A DNA stretch of 64,000 bases from Eledone cirrhosa (GCA_964016885.1 OZ024742.1:291276001-291340000); one strand, 5' to 3'; positions 10,839 through 23,191 are shown, numbered from the stretch's first letter. The notes: generated by a model from the letters alone, not told the origin. Numbers and translations are program-made.

Positions 10839-13800
10839 GGGCATTCTTCTAGGAGAAGGCATCTCAGGAAACTGGGTTAACTCCGATATAAAACCTGCGG
10901 CTCAGTAGTTACCGATGATGTTGATCTTTTCTTCTTTTCGGGTTATAGCTACTGTCGCTCAGAGAGTGGGATTGGCTCAATGCACAGTCTTTCCTCACTT
11001 TAAAAATATTCGTCACGCACAGGCATTGCACGAGTGCATTAATAATTATTAATAGTGTACTATTATTATTATTATTATTATTATTACTATTATTATTACT
11101 TTTTTTTTTTTTTTTTTTTTCCAATTCAATGATGTTCCAGAACAATGTAAAAGAGATAATTGGCAATTTAGGTTCTGGAACAAAAAAGATCATTAGTAAT
11201 AAGGGCAGGGGTCCCAAGTTATCACAGCCTGGGCCCGCTCGTCATCGTTCCATTGTAATAGAGCCAAACAAGGCATTTAGTCTTGGCTGCTGGAACGTAC
11301 GGACGCTGCTTGACAGGGATTCCTTGGAAGAGATGAAGGAACCAGAAGAGAGGCTGGGGTAGGATTTGCTGTTAAGACTGTACTTGTGAATAAATTGGAA
11401 GAATTCCCAGTAGGGATTAGTGAGCGTCTTATGTCCATGAGAGTTCCGCTGGACAAGGGAAGATATGCTACCCTGGTGAGTGTGTATACTCCAACTATGA
11501 ATTCTGTCGATGAAGAAAAACTACCATGCCTTGAAAGGTGTTCTAAGAAATATCCCTCAGGCAGACAAAGTCATCGTGCTTGGTGACTTTAATGCTAGAG
11601 TGGGTAGGGATTTTAACACATGGAATGTAATCGGAAGGCATGGGATGGGAAAGTGTAACAGCAATGGTATGCTCCTGCTGCAGATGTGTGAGGAGCTGGA
11701 TCTGTGTGGTACCAACACCATGTTCCAACAAAAGAACAAATTCAAGACCACATGGATGCATCCTGCATCTAAGGAATGGCATCTTTTGGACTACGTCCTA
11801 GTCAGGATGCGTGACAGACAGGATGTGCAGTGTGTTCGTGTTCTTCGTGGAGCTGAGTGCTGGACGGACCACCGCCTGGTACGCGCAAAAGTGAAACTAA
11901 TCACCAAACGTAAAATCCGGGCTCCTGGTGTTACCCTGCCCAAAAGATTGAATGCTGCTCGTCTTAAGGATAAAAATGTGAAGTGGACATTGGAAGAAGA
12001 GATGCAGGCTGCAGATCTTGGTGAGGATTGGCCGACCCTTAAAAAGTCGGTTTATGATGTAGGCAGGCGTGTTCTGGGATTGGCACAGAGGAAACATCAG
12101 GACTGGTTTGATGAGAATGATGTACATATAGAAGACTTGTTGGCTGATAAGAGGCGTACTCTGTCACGCTACTTGACGGCAAAACCACAGGAGAGGAGTA
12201 CGTTGCATGAGGAGCTCAGGGATGTAAAATCACGTGTTAGGCGGAGTCTTTCTCAGATGAAGGATCAGTGGTGGAGCGAGAAGGCTGGTGAGATACAAAC
12301 TGCGTCTGATTCCAATAACACAAAGCTGTTGTACAGTCTCTTGCGTGAGGTTTATGGACCGTCTTCTTCTCTGGTGACACCGCTTCGCAGCAAGGATGGC
12401 AAAGAACTTCTTCGTGACTCACAAGGAATTCTACGAAGGTGGCGAGAGCACTTTGATGATCTTTTGAATCAGCCATCTGTCGTCAGTGAAGATTTCCTCA
12501 ATCTCATTCCAGAAAGTCCTGTGAAAGTAGCTCTCGCAGAACCTCCGACGCTTGTGGAGGTTGCAGTGGCTATTTCGAAGCTGAACAGTGGAAGATCTCC
12601 AGGTATGGATGGCATACATGCTGAGCTCCTACAATATGGTGGTGAGAGACTCCTGCAACATCTGCACTCTTTGTTTGGAAGGATATGGGCTAATGAATCC
12701 GTACCTGAGGACTGGAAAGATGCAGTAATGGTGGTCTTGTATAAGGGAAAGGGTAACAGGAATGATTGTGGGAACTACAGAGGTATATCATTGCTTTCTG
12801 TCGTAGGGAAAGTTTTATGTAGGGTGCTTCTGGACCGTCTGCTGACACACATTGCAGATTGTGTTCTTCCTGAAAGTCAATCTGGTTTTCGTGCTGGACG
12901 CGGCACTACTGATATGATCTTCTCAGCTAGACAGCTCCAGGAGAAGTGCATTGAACAAGGCTTGGATCTGTATCAGGTTTTTGTCGATCTGACAAAGGCT
13001 TTCGATATTGTCAACAGAGATGCATTATGGAAGGTTCTCCAGAAACTTGGTTGCCCTGATAAGTTCCTTGCTTTAGTTAGGTCTTTCCATGACGACATGA
13101 AGGCTTGGGTTAATGTCGGAGGTAACATGTCGGAGCCTATCTCAGTAAAAAATGGAGTGAAACAGGGGGATATTCCAGCACCGACCCTGTTTGCCATATA
13201 CTTTGCAATGGTTTTCTGTATTGCATTCAGGAATTGCGAGCATGGTGTTTACATCCGATATCGAACCTCAGGCAGCATATTTAACATCAGGCGCTTTGCT
13301 GCGAAGACAAAAGTATTTACATCAATCATAAGAGACCTCTTGTATGCAGATGATTGCGATCTTGTAGCGTACACAGAGAGTGATATGCAGCACATTTTGA
13401 ATGCATTTTCTGACGCTTGCACTGCCCTGGGTTTGACTGTCAGTCTCAAGAAAACCGTCGTCATGTACCAACCTGCCCCTGGTAAGCAGTACACTGAACC
13501 AAATATCTATGCGTATGGCAAACGACTTGGAGTGGTTGATCAGTTTGTCTACCTGGGAAGCACTGTCAATCGATACGGCAACCTTGACAGTGAAATATCA
13601 CTTAGGATTAGGAAAGCAAGTGATGCTTTCGGAAAGCTAGAAAGGCGACTCTGGGGTCGGCGAGACATATGCAGGAGGACAAAGGTAAGGGTGTACAGGG
13701 CATGTGTACTCTCTTGTCTTCTTTATGCCTGCGAGACCTGGGTCACATATCGACACCACCTTAAACAATTGGAGCGTTTCCATCAGATGTGTCTCAGACG

Positions 13801-14728
13801 GATCCATGGCGTTCACTGGAGGGACCACATCAGTGATGTCGAGATTTTGGAAAGCTCTATGTGTGACAGTATAGAAGCTCTTGTGCTTAAGCAACGACTC
13901 CGTTGGAGTGGTCACCTTGCCAGGATGAAGGATTCTAGAATACCAAAACAACTCTTCTATGGAGAGTTGGTTAAAGGAAAACGACCGCCACATAAACCAA
14001 AAAAGAGGTATAAGGATTCCTTGAAAGCCTCTCTGAAAGACGCTAACATCTCTGCTGGTACATGGGAAAATATTGCTGCTGATCGTAATAAATGGAGAAA
14101 GACTGTATATGAGGGAAAAGTTGCCTTTGAGGCATCTCGAATAGCACACGAGAAAGTAAAGCGGGATGTGAGGAAGGGCATTGCTGTTGCACTTCCAGAC
14201 GGCGAGGGTCCTCCTATGGTGCTGACATGCAGCGTCTGTGCGAGACTCTGCCTAAGCAAAGCTGGACTCGAAAGTCATCTTCGCAGTCATGAAGTAAGAC
14301 CAGTGGTTGACCACCAGGCTGCTGTTGGAGATGCTACTCATCATGCTTGCCAAACATGTGGTAGAGAATGTAAATCAGCAGGAGGGCTCAAGCGACATGC
14401 AAAAGTACACGAACTCCAACCACAGCCGACTATTCCCAGTGAATGTTTTGGTTGCCGACTCTGTGCAAGACATTTTAGATCATTGGCTGGGCTAAAAAGC
14501 CACATTCGATCGCAGCACTGTTAGTTGCTATCGCGCGTGTGTGTGTGTGTGTAGATATGCTTATGTGCATGCGTGTGTGTGTATATATATATGAATATGT
14601 ATATTATTATTGTTGTTGTCGTTATTATTATTATTATTGCTATTATTATTATTATTATTATTGTTATTAATGTATGTGTGTGTGTATATGTGTGTATGTG
14701 TATGTATGTGTGTATGTATATATGTATG

Positions 14729-14767
<39 letters not shown>

Positions 14768-14768
14768 C

Positions 14769-14802
<34 letters not shown>

Positions 14803-14882
14803 TTATTTTATTTTATTTTATTTTTTTTTTTTTTTTTCTTCTCGTGCAATGGCCATACTCGATAGCGAGGGGGCAGCCATCA
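10839..14882 (+). mobile_element. Near-full-length RTE-clade LINE with C-terminal C2H2 fingers (family Z)
   Basis: 5' UTR motif ctaggagaagg...aactccga; APE-RT-ZF ORF; 3' end ggccatactcgatagcgagggggcagccatc; (TATG)n on both sides. Confidence 0.9.
11129..14524 (+). pseudogene. RTE ORF: APE endonuclease, RT and 3x C2H2 fingers; APE N-terminus disrupted, 11510-14524 open
   Basis: LGCWNVRTLLD (11129 frame); SVYTPT (11386 frame); LGDFNARVG, WTDHRLV, FVDLTKAFD, QGDIPAPTLF, LYADD and three CxxC..H..H (11510 frame); deletion and frameshifts near 11330-11520. Confidence 0.9.
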
Positions 14883-14936
14883 TGTATGTATGTATGTATG
14901 TATGTATGTATGTATGTATGTATGTATGTATGTATG

Positions 14937-15545
14937 TCGGGTCACCAGTTGGTGCTACTGGTAACATGTATCCCAGTACAACCTGTCTCATGGTCGGGTC
15001 GTTGGCGACTAAACTGGCAACCCCACCAAGGTTTCTTGGTGAGGAGGGTGACTTTGGACATCCTGCAGGACTAAAAACAAAACCTGTCAAAGGGCAAAGG
15101 AGCTCTTAAGAGTCAATGGCCATCCAAAATCACCGGGAGAGATGACCCCTTAGCCTTTGTCAAGGCAGAATTCTAGGAGAAGGAAAACTCTGATATAACA
15201 CCTGCAACCCTGATGGTATCCAATGATGTTGACTTGTTCTTCTTTTTGGTGAATATCATCTTGGTTAAGAGAGTGGGACTGGCTTTGTGCAGTGCCTTTG
15301 CTCACTATAAAAGCTTCACGGCACAGGCATTGCTTTATATCTGGAGATCTCTCTGCACTTGTCGTCACATGGTACCATGGGCCCAGCACTATGTGTCAAT
15401 AATTGTCACAAGTGTAGTGTTTGTACCAGAGTTTTCAAGTCACTGGCTGAGACTAAAAAGTCACACTCGTTCAGCGCATCGGTAGGGGTTCGCCTACATG
15501 GATATAAAGTAGTGGCCGTACTCGAAAACGAGTTGGCAGTCACCA
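14937..15545 (+). mobile_element. Non-autonomous bipartite RTE derivative (~610 bp: 5' UTR + last zinc finger + 3' UTR)
   Basis: 15170-15333 aligns to the family Z 5' UTR at 10840-11030; CSVCTRVFKSLA..KSHTRSAHR matches the last ZF; same 3' hairpin and (ATGT)n tail. Confidence 0.85.
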
Positions 15546-15570
15546 TGTATGTATGTATGTATGTATGTAT

Positions 15571-15961
15571 GTTCTTCTGGTTTTATAATTTCACAAAGTT
15601 TTACCAATAGAGAGAAAGTCGGTTTCTAACATAGACACAAGACTCTCTCATTGGAATTTACACAACATCAACTAGGTAGATATGTATGTATGCATGCATT
15701 TGTGTAGATATGGATGTTATTGTATGTGTGGATGTGTATGTTTTGAGTTGTATGTGTGCATGTGTATATGCTTTGCATCTGTACATGTGTATATGCAGTT
15801 ATTAGATGCAAAATTTTTGGAATGTTTTACATATTTTTACTGTTCCATTAATGGATTGTACTTGTAATTTCCTAACTAGTTGTGATCTTTCTGTTCCTGT
15901 GAAGCCTAGCTTCTCAAGATTTGTATTGAGGCAGTTACTAACATATCCCAGTGCCCCAATA

Positions 15962-15963
<2 letters not shown>
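15571..15963 (-). mobile_element. 3' end of an RLE-type (R4/Dong-like) non-LTR retrotransposon
   Basis: Minus-strand reading IIGALGYVSNCLNTNLEKLGFTGTERSQLVRKLQVQSINGTVKICKTFQKFCI* (15963-15802), then 3' UTR; (CATA)n on both sides. Confidence 0.7.
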
Positions 15964-15992
<29 letters not shown>

Positions 15993-16039
15993 TGTATGTA
16001 TGTATGTATGTATGTATGTATGTATGTATGAATCTATTG

Positions 16040-17046
16040 TGGAACTGGAGAAAAACTTAGTCTTGAAAGCAATGCCAGGAATCAAAAGGTCTCAAAGTCA
16101 ACCTAGCCAAGATTAATGTCCTAGTAAGTAAGAAAGGTAACAGAGCTTTCTTAACATCAAGTAAATGGCCATGTTGAATATGCAAAAAAGGAGCTGGTAG
16201 AAATTCTATACACTGTACAAAATGTAAACTGAGGGTATATAAGAGATTTAGCAGGATCTCTGGCAGGCTAACAAAAAATGCAGGCTATGTATGTGGCAGG
16301 TGCATAGGAGCAGAAAATAGCAAGTCTTGCATGAAACAGATGGAAACAAATGCTCCTAAGGGAGGGGAAGGATGCTCTGAAAGCACAGTAGCTAGAGGGA
16401 GAACTGGATGGAAAATTTAGGATGATGTGGTAAGAGCTGACCTTATGAAGCTGAACCTCACAAAGGAGATGGAGCAGGGTTGAGTCATCTGGAGACAGGC
16501 TGTACTACCCACACACCTGATTCACTTCTTTGTTCAATACATGCTAACAGGGACAACCAGGCAAGCCTCACAATATACCGCTAGACATACTCTCTTCAAG
16601 GCCTCACCAGATGGTCTAACACTTCTTCTCTCATGGTGGTATGATCCCCCATATCCCCCTCTCCTATTAACACCTCCATGGTGTTGGTGCCATAAGATAA
16701 AAATGCACTAAGCCCACTCTGTAATGTGGTAATGCTGGTGCCACAATAAAAAGAACCTAGTCCACATTGTGAGGTGGTAGTGCTGGTGCCATGACAGAAG
16801 TACCCAGTTCACCCTGTAAGATGGTAGTGCCCAGTTCACACTGTAAAGTTGTTGGTGTTAGGAAGGGATTCTAACCATGGAAACCATTCTCTCAGTATAT
16901 TCTCTAAAGTGGTTGGCATTAGGATGGGCATCCCACATAGAAACCAAGCCAAAAATGGTCATCTGACTAGTCTAGCCTCAAATATGACAATATGTCTAAT
17001 CCATGCCAACATTCAAAATAGACATTAAATGATGATGATGATGATG
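16040..17046 (+). mobile_element. Old, heavily decayed RTE LINE 3' part
   Basis: GLKVNLAK and KWPC-like remnants, ggtgcca...gttggtgttaggaaggg 3' UTR repeats, (GAT)n tail. Confidence 0.75.
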
Positions 17047-17481
17047 CTTCATAAGAATTTCCTTCTTGACTATAGACACCATAAGGTTATCAATAAAAAC
17101 ACAGTTAAACTTTCATTCTCAATTACACTTAACTTAGCTGACTATGTAGATTCTAGTAGCCACAGGAAAATAAATAAACATAATGATAACTCCAATATCA
17201 GTAAAAACAAAAATTTAATAAGGAATCCATCTAATTTAGATTTTTAAAATTACTAAAATAGTAAATAAAGATTCTAATGAAAATGAAGATTCTAACTCTA
17301 TTTTAAATAATTCTATCCACCAAAATGAAAAATCTACTATATTTACTTTAGCCAAATTGTTAATTCTGACATTTTTCCTCTTAAAATTCTTTGTCTTAGG
17401 AAAAATGTTAAATATAAATGCACTGTAATTACCACAATTAGTATAAATTATTATATTGGAACCACTTCTAATTCTCTTTAA

Positions 17482-17703
17482 CCCTTTAGCATTTACATTA
17501 CTCTATATTTACTATTATATATTTGCAGTAAATACTTTATCTCACATAATATCTCACGTAATATTGAATCTAGGAGATTTTGATTCTGTTTATTTTGAGA
17601 ACAATACCTTAACATCAGTATGAGCAGCAAGTTATGGCCAGTTTGAACAGAAAGGGGGGGGGGGGGATTCTGGCTGGATATGGCCAGTTTAAATGCTAAA
17701 GGG
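17482..17703 (-). mobile_element. piggyBac-like MITE
   Basis: Perfect 14-bp TIR ccctttagcattta/taaatgctaaaggg with TTAA on both sides. Confidence 0.85.
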
Positions 17704-17900
17704 TTAAGGAACAATACTATTTGCACTTACATTCTTTTAAAGATGAAAATAAGAAAAATTCAACTTCACTTGCACAATGTATTAGGGATTTATATAAGTC
17801 TAATACTCAGTATCGCCTTCATTGGTTTATTATTTACACAGCTAAACCTTACAAATTTGGCAGTTCAAGCGATTGATATAACTATGTTTAGTTCTAGACC

Positions 17901-19158
17901 CAGAGGTTCTCAAAGTAGGTGCTAATGCTCCCTGGGGAACTTTGAGAAGGTCCAGGAGGGTGCAGAGCCTAAAGAGATTATATAATCTATATTACTAAAA
18001 CAGAGAATGTCTGTTTGTCGCTCTGTCTGTCTGTACAATCACTAAAACTCGAGAACCACCCAACCGATTGTTTTCAAACTTTACACATGTAATACTTATG
18101 GTCCTATTGAGTGTTCTGAGCAAAACAAAATTCAAATTTTCAATGCCCCAGGGACCGCATTAGGCGATTTAGCAATCTCTTTCTCTCTCTCTTAGTCTTT
18201 CTCTTTTTAGATAGATACATAGTTATGACGTCGCGCCTTTATAATATCTGTCTGTATGCCTGGCTGTCTGCATTACGTCATTATGATGCAATCAGTGTGC
18301 GTGTGTGTATAAGTATATATAGTGAGTGTGTGTGTATATATATATTCTTATGTCAGGGAACGTCTTCACGAACCAAAGTATCATCTTCTTGTTTTCCTTC
18401 GGTTGTAACGTTTTTCGAAATATTTACATCTGCGTTCACAGATTGATTTTTTTTAGTTTCAGAAGATCCCGTTAAGGTTGAAAGCAGCGATTCTTTGCTT
18501 AAACATTAATATGTTATTTTAATATAGATATTCGTGTACAGATATTTTTGCATACACAAAAACAAAATATAAACAAACAAGGCCAACGATTACATCAGTT
18601 AGTCTTAGTGTACTTCCTACTGCTTTTAGGTAGAAGATCCTGTTAAGGATGAAAGCAGCGATTTCTTTTCTGCGTTCACAGATTGATTTTTTAGTTTCAG
18701 AAGATCCCGTTAAGGGTGAAAGCAGCGATTCTTTGCTTAAACTTTAATCTGTTATTTTAATATATATATATATATATATATAATTATATATTCGTGTACA
18801 GATATTTTTGCATACTCAATCACAAAATATAAACAAACGTATTTATTTCACGAGGCTCGATAAGGATAAATATATATCAAATATATAAGAACGCTAGAGC
18901 AAATCCCGAGCAACGCCGGGCCATTCTGCTAGTAGTATAATAATATATTAAATATCAAATGATACATATCATATATAAATATAGTAAAATAAAATATATA
19001 TAATATTTATTTATACATAGTATATATTATATTATTTATTATATAAATTAACAATTTTTATTATATATCATTTACAATTTGCATGTAGGCAGATCTCTCT
19101 GGAAATAGGGTTGGGGACGTAGTCGTGAAGGGGGCCGTGGCCCAAAAGTTTGAGAACT
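17901..19158. mobile_element. hAT-like MITE remnant interrupted by the Helitron
   Basis: cagaggttctcaaa at left and tttgagaac at right, with GC-rich subterminal ggggcc motifs; right end incomplete. Confidence 0.4.
17986..18932 (+). mobile_element. Non-autonomous Helitron
   Basis: A|TCTATATTACTAAAA 5' end, (gtct)n tract, subterminal hairpin cccgagcaacgccggg, CTAG|T 3' end, no TSD. Confidence 0.85.
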
Positions 19159-19224
19159 AGAAAAGAAGGACGTCATCATCTCTTGCATACATAAATTTCC
19201 CTCTCTCGTTGTTTAATAAAATAT

Positions 19225-19800
19225 ATGTTGCACTTGATACGTTTGATGTTGAGTGCTGCATGGCTGCAATGAAAATCAGTGCTGTGAAAACTGAGACAGT
19301 CATCCTCTCAAGGAAGCCTGTACAGTACACACTACATGTGATTAGAGTTCCACTGAAGCAGATGGAGAAGTTCAAGTATCTTGGAGCTGTGTTCATGAGT
19401 GATGGAAGGTAGGAGGCTGAATTAAGTGCAAGAATTGCAAGAGCTGGTGCAATAATGTGCCAACTTCAGTATTCAGTAATCAGAAGGGAGGTAGGTGTAA
19501 AAGCCAAACTTGCTATCTACAAATCAGTGTTCATGCCAACCCTTACCTATGGTCATGAATCTTGGGTAACAACTGAAAGAATACGATCGCAAATACAAGT
19601 GACTGAAATGGGGGTTCCTCCAAAGGGTCTTTGGAATATCATTACTTGATAGAGTGTATATCTCAGAGATCGGAGAGTCACTCCAGTTAGAGTCGCTACT
19701 TCTTTGAATTGAAATATCACAGCTTCATTACTACCAACTGACAGGAAATCCAATCAAGATGGTAGGATAACATCCATGACCTCAGCTGGTCCAGGTGGAA
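19225..19800 (+). mobile_element. Decayed RTE-like LINE RT C-terminal fragment (further family)
   Basis: MKISAVKTE, FKYLG and KLAIYKSVFMPTLTYGHESW. Confidence 0.75.
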
Positions 19801-20155
19801 TAAGCAGAGGGGTAGGAATAAGTGGAGGGTTGGAAAATCAGTAATTTTCCTAGGTTGTCTCTGCTGATTTTTTTAAAAACCAAAATGTTTCTTTTTTTCA
19901 TTTTATATATTGAGAGTTGACCAGAGAATTCTGGCTTGATATGGCCAGTTTAAATGCTAAAGGGCTAAACTTAGCATCTCTTATTTAATGGTTTAGTCAG
20001 TTATCATAATGTTGTAATATTTAGATATTTTTCTCCATATAATCTTCTACTCCTACATTTTTGAAATTAGGTGTTAAGGTAAAATTAATCGATTTAATGT
20101 TCAGACTTTAGTAGATGAATTTATTTCTATATATTTATTTCTATATGTAGCTTAA

Positions 20156-20372
20156 CCCTTTAGCATTTAAACCGGCCGTATCTGGCCAGAATTCTCTCAT
20201 CTCGTTCTGTTCAAACTGGCTGTAACTAGTCACTCATACTGATGTTAAGGTATTATTACGGAAATAAATAATATCAAAATCTCATAGATTCGATATTATG
20301 TGAGATAATTATGTGAGGTACTTTACTGTGAAAATACAATAGTATATATAGAGTAATACAAATGTTAAAGGG
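20156..20372 (+). mobile_element. piggyBac-like MITE
   Basis: TTAA|ccctttagcattt ... aaatgttaaaggg|TTAA; a partial right end also lies at ~19925-19968. Confidence 0.85.
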
Positions 20373-20711
20373 TTAAGCAACATTTTTGCCATACCTTTAT
20401 TTCCTATTTCTTTTGTTGAATCACGTATAAGGTTAAAACAATGTCATTAATTTCCTTATCATACTTCTGTGCTTATTATTAAAATGATCTGAGCATCTGC
20501 AGTCATGCAACACCCCAAATTGTTTTGCTCAAATTTAAATTCCTGATCTGTTCACTTTACAGATTGTAACACACCACATTGAGATTGAAGATTATTAGCA
20601 TAATTTTACTTACTTGATCTTGCACATACACACACATATATATATATTTATATATGTTGATGATGATAATGATATATATATATATATATATGTACATATG
20701 TATATGGTGGT

Positions 20712-21020
20712 GGTGGCTGCCAACTCGTTTTCGAGTACAGCCACTACTTTATATCCATGTACGAGAACCCCTACCAATGCGCTGAACGAGTGTGACTTTT
20801 CAGTCCAGCCAGCGACTTGAAAACTCTGGTACAAACACTACACTTGTGACAATTATTGACACATAGTGCTGGCCCCATGGTACCATGTGACGACAAGTGC
20901 AGAGAGATCTCCAGATATAAAGCAATGCCTGTGCCATGAAGCTTTTATAGTGAGCAAAGGCACTGCACAAAGCCAGTCCCACTCTCTTAACCAAGATGAT
21001 ATTTACCAAAAAGAAGAACA
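20712..21020 (-). mobile_element. Truncated copy of the bipartite RTE derivative
   Basis: Near-identical to the 3' half of 14937-15545. Confidence 0.85.
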
Positions 21021-21132
21021 TATGTATATACATACATACTTACATACATACACATATATATATATATATTTATATATGTTGATGATGATAATGATATATA
21101 TATATATATATACATATGTATATACATACATA

Positions 21133-21591
21133 CATGGTGGCTGCCAACTTGTTTTCGAGTAGGGCCACTACTTTATATCCATGTATGAGAACCCCTACCG
21201 ATGCGCTGAACGAGTGTGACTTTTTAGTCCAGCCAGTGACTTGAAAACTCTGGTACAAACACTACACCTGTGACAATTATCGACACATAGTGCTGGGCCC
21301 ATGGTACCATGTGACGACAAGTGCAGAGAGATCTCCAGATATAAAGCAATGCCTGTGCCGTGAAGCTTTTATAGTGAGCAAAGGCACTGCACAAAGCCAG
21401 TCCCACTCTCTTAACCAAGATGATATTTACCAAAAAGAAGAACAAGTCAACATCATTGGATACCATCAGGGTTGCAGGTGTTATATCAGAGTTTTCCTTC
21501 TCCTAGAATTCTGCCTTGACAAAGGCTAAGGGGTCATCTCTCCCGGTGATTTTGGATGGCCATTGACTCTTAAGAGCTCCTTTGCCCTTTG
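21133..21591 (-). mobile_element. 5'-truncated copy of the bipartite RTE derivative
   Basis: Near-identical to 15086-15545; flanked by (CATA)n. Confidence 0.85.
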
Positions 21592-21616
21592 ACATACATA
21601 CATACATACATACATA

Positions 21617-22175
21617 CAGAAAAGTAGGTAGACCCAGAAAAACCTGGGACGATCTAATAAATTCCGACCTTACATACTTGCACCTCTCTAAGACAATGTC
21701 ACTGGTCCGAGATCTTTGGCGCTATGCAGTAATACAGAAGACCCGCCTTGCCTATGTACAAAGCGAAACCTACAGTCAGTAGGCACCTCTTAACCAAATA
21801 TACACCACAATCCACTACCCCTACCCTATCCTCCCACTCCAACCAACACCACCCCCTCTCTATAAAGTTGGTACCACAACATCCAGTCCAAATAAATGAG
21901 ATAATGAGATCAAGATTGTGTAGGTGTCACGACAAAAAACACACAGTCCACGTTGTAATGTGGCCGTGTAAGTAACACGGTAAAAAGTTCCCAGTTCCAC
22001 ACTGTAAATGTGGTTGGTGTTAGGAAGGGCATCCAGCTGTAGAATACCTGCCAAATAGTCCTATATGAGCGAGACATGGTCACCCGACCAACCTTGACTC
22101 AAATTAGAACAACTCCCGTCTAACCCATGCTAGCGTGGAAAATGGACGTTAAACGAAGATGATGATGATGATGAT
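21617..22175 (+). mobile_element. RTE family B 3' fragment
   Basis: VGRPRKTWDDLINSDL C-terminus, 3' UTR and (GAT)n tail. Confidence 0.9.
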
Positions 22176-22578
22176 ACACATATATGCTGTCTTCATTTCA
22201 ATAATTAAATATGGAATGCGGTGGCTGCTTCACAATAATCAATTAATCTGAGTGTAAATGAGATTAAGAACTAAACATGTCATAGCACAGATTATAACAT
22301 GGCATGGAATTCATTGACATAAATCTGAAAAGTTATCATCCTGTCTTTGTAATCATTCATATACATATATATATATGTATTTATAAGTATGCATACACAT
22401 ACACACATACACACAAATATATATATATATATATATATATAATATGAAAAAATTCAGGACCCCGATGGCTGAGTTCCAGCCGTTTCAACAGCTTGATCCA
22501 TTCTACTAACCCAAGTATCGAGTACTCTGGTGAGTAATGGTCTAACTGGTTTTTACTGCCTCCAATTTGATATATGTA

Positions 22579-22649
<71 letters not shown>

Positions 22650-22652
<3 letters not shown>

Positions 22653-23152
22653 TCGGAGGCCATATTCAGTTGATTCAGGTTTATTTAAAACTCTGTTATA
22701 CATATTTCACTGAGGACTATCAGTTATGATAGCTTGAGCTCTTCAGATGGTAAAACCTAAAATAAACATTGAAAATTCGTAAGAAACCTGTATACAGGGG
22801 CCAGCGGTCGAAGAAACAACACCATGCATTCAGCCGGCCGCCTGTATCATGAAAAGAAATTATTTTTTTGAGAAATTATTGGATTTTTCCAAATCTGATG
22901 GTTTCTTAGGAACTTTCAATGTTTTGCTGCCTGAAGAGCTCAGGCTATCATAACTGATAGTCCTCAGTGAAATATGTATAACAGAGTTTTAAATAAACCT
23001 GAATCAACTGAATATGGCCTCTGATCTTTTACTAACATATAATGCTCCGACTTGCACCATTTATACAGGTCATTGAGTACTTCTTTTTATCTGCTTCACA
23101 ACTGACAGACCATAATGTGGTCCGCACATCTGTTTGGTTAACCCCATACTCT
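22650..23152 (+). mobile_element. Fold-back element with degenerate hammerhead core (probable Penelope pLTR derivative)
   Basis: Inverted arms 22650-22788 / 22899-23027 plus a ~125-nt tail; CTGAAGA 22931 - hairpin - GAAA 22969; in (TA)n. Confidence 0.65.
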
Positions 23153-23191
23153 AATATATATATATATATATATAAATTTGTTATATATAAC

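Noticed and set aside
14573-15109. Hydrophobic low-complexity ORFs
   Set aside because: Compound microsatellites expanded in the LINE 3' UTR
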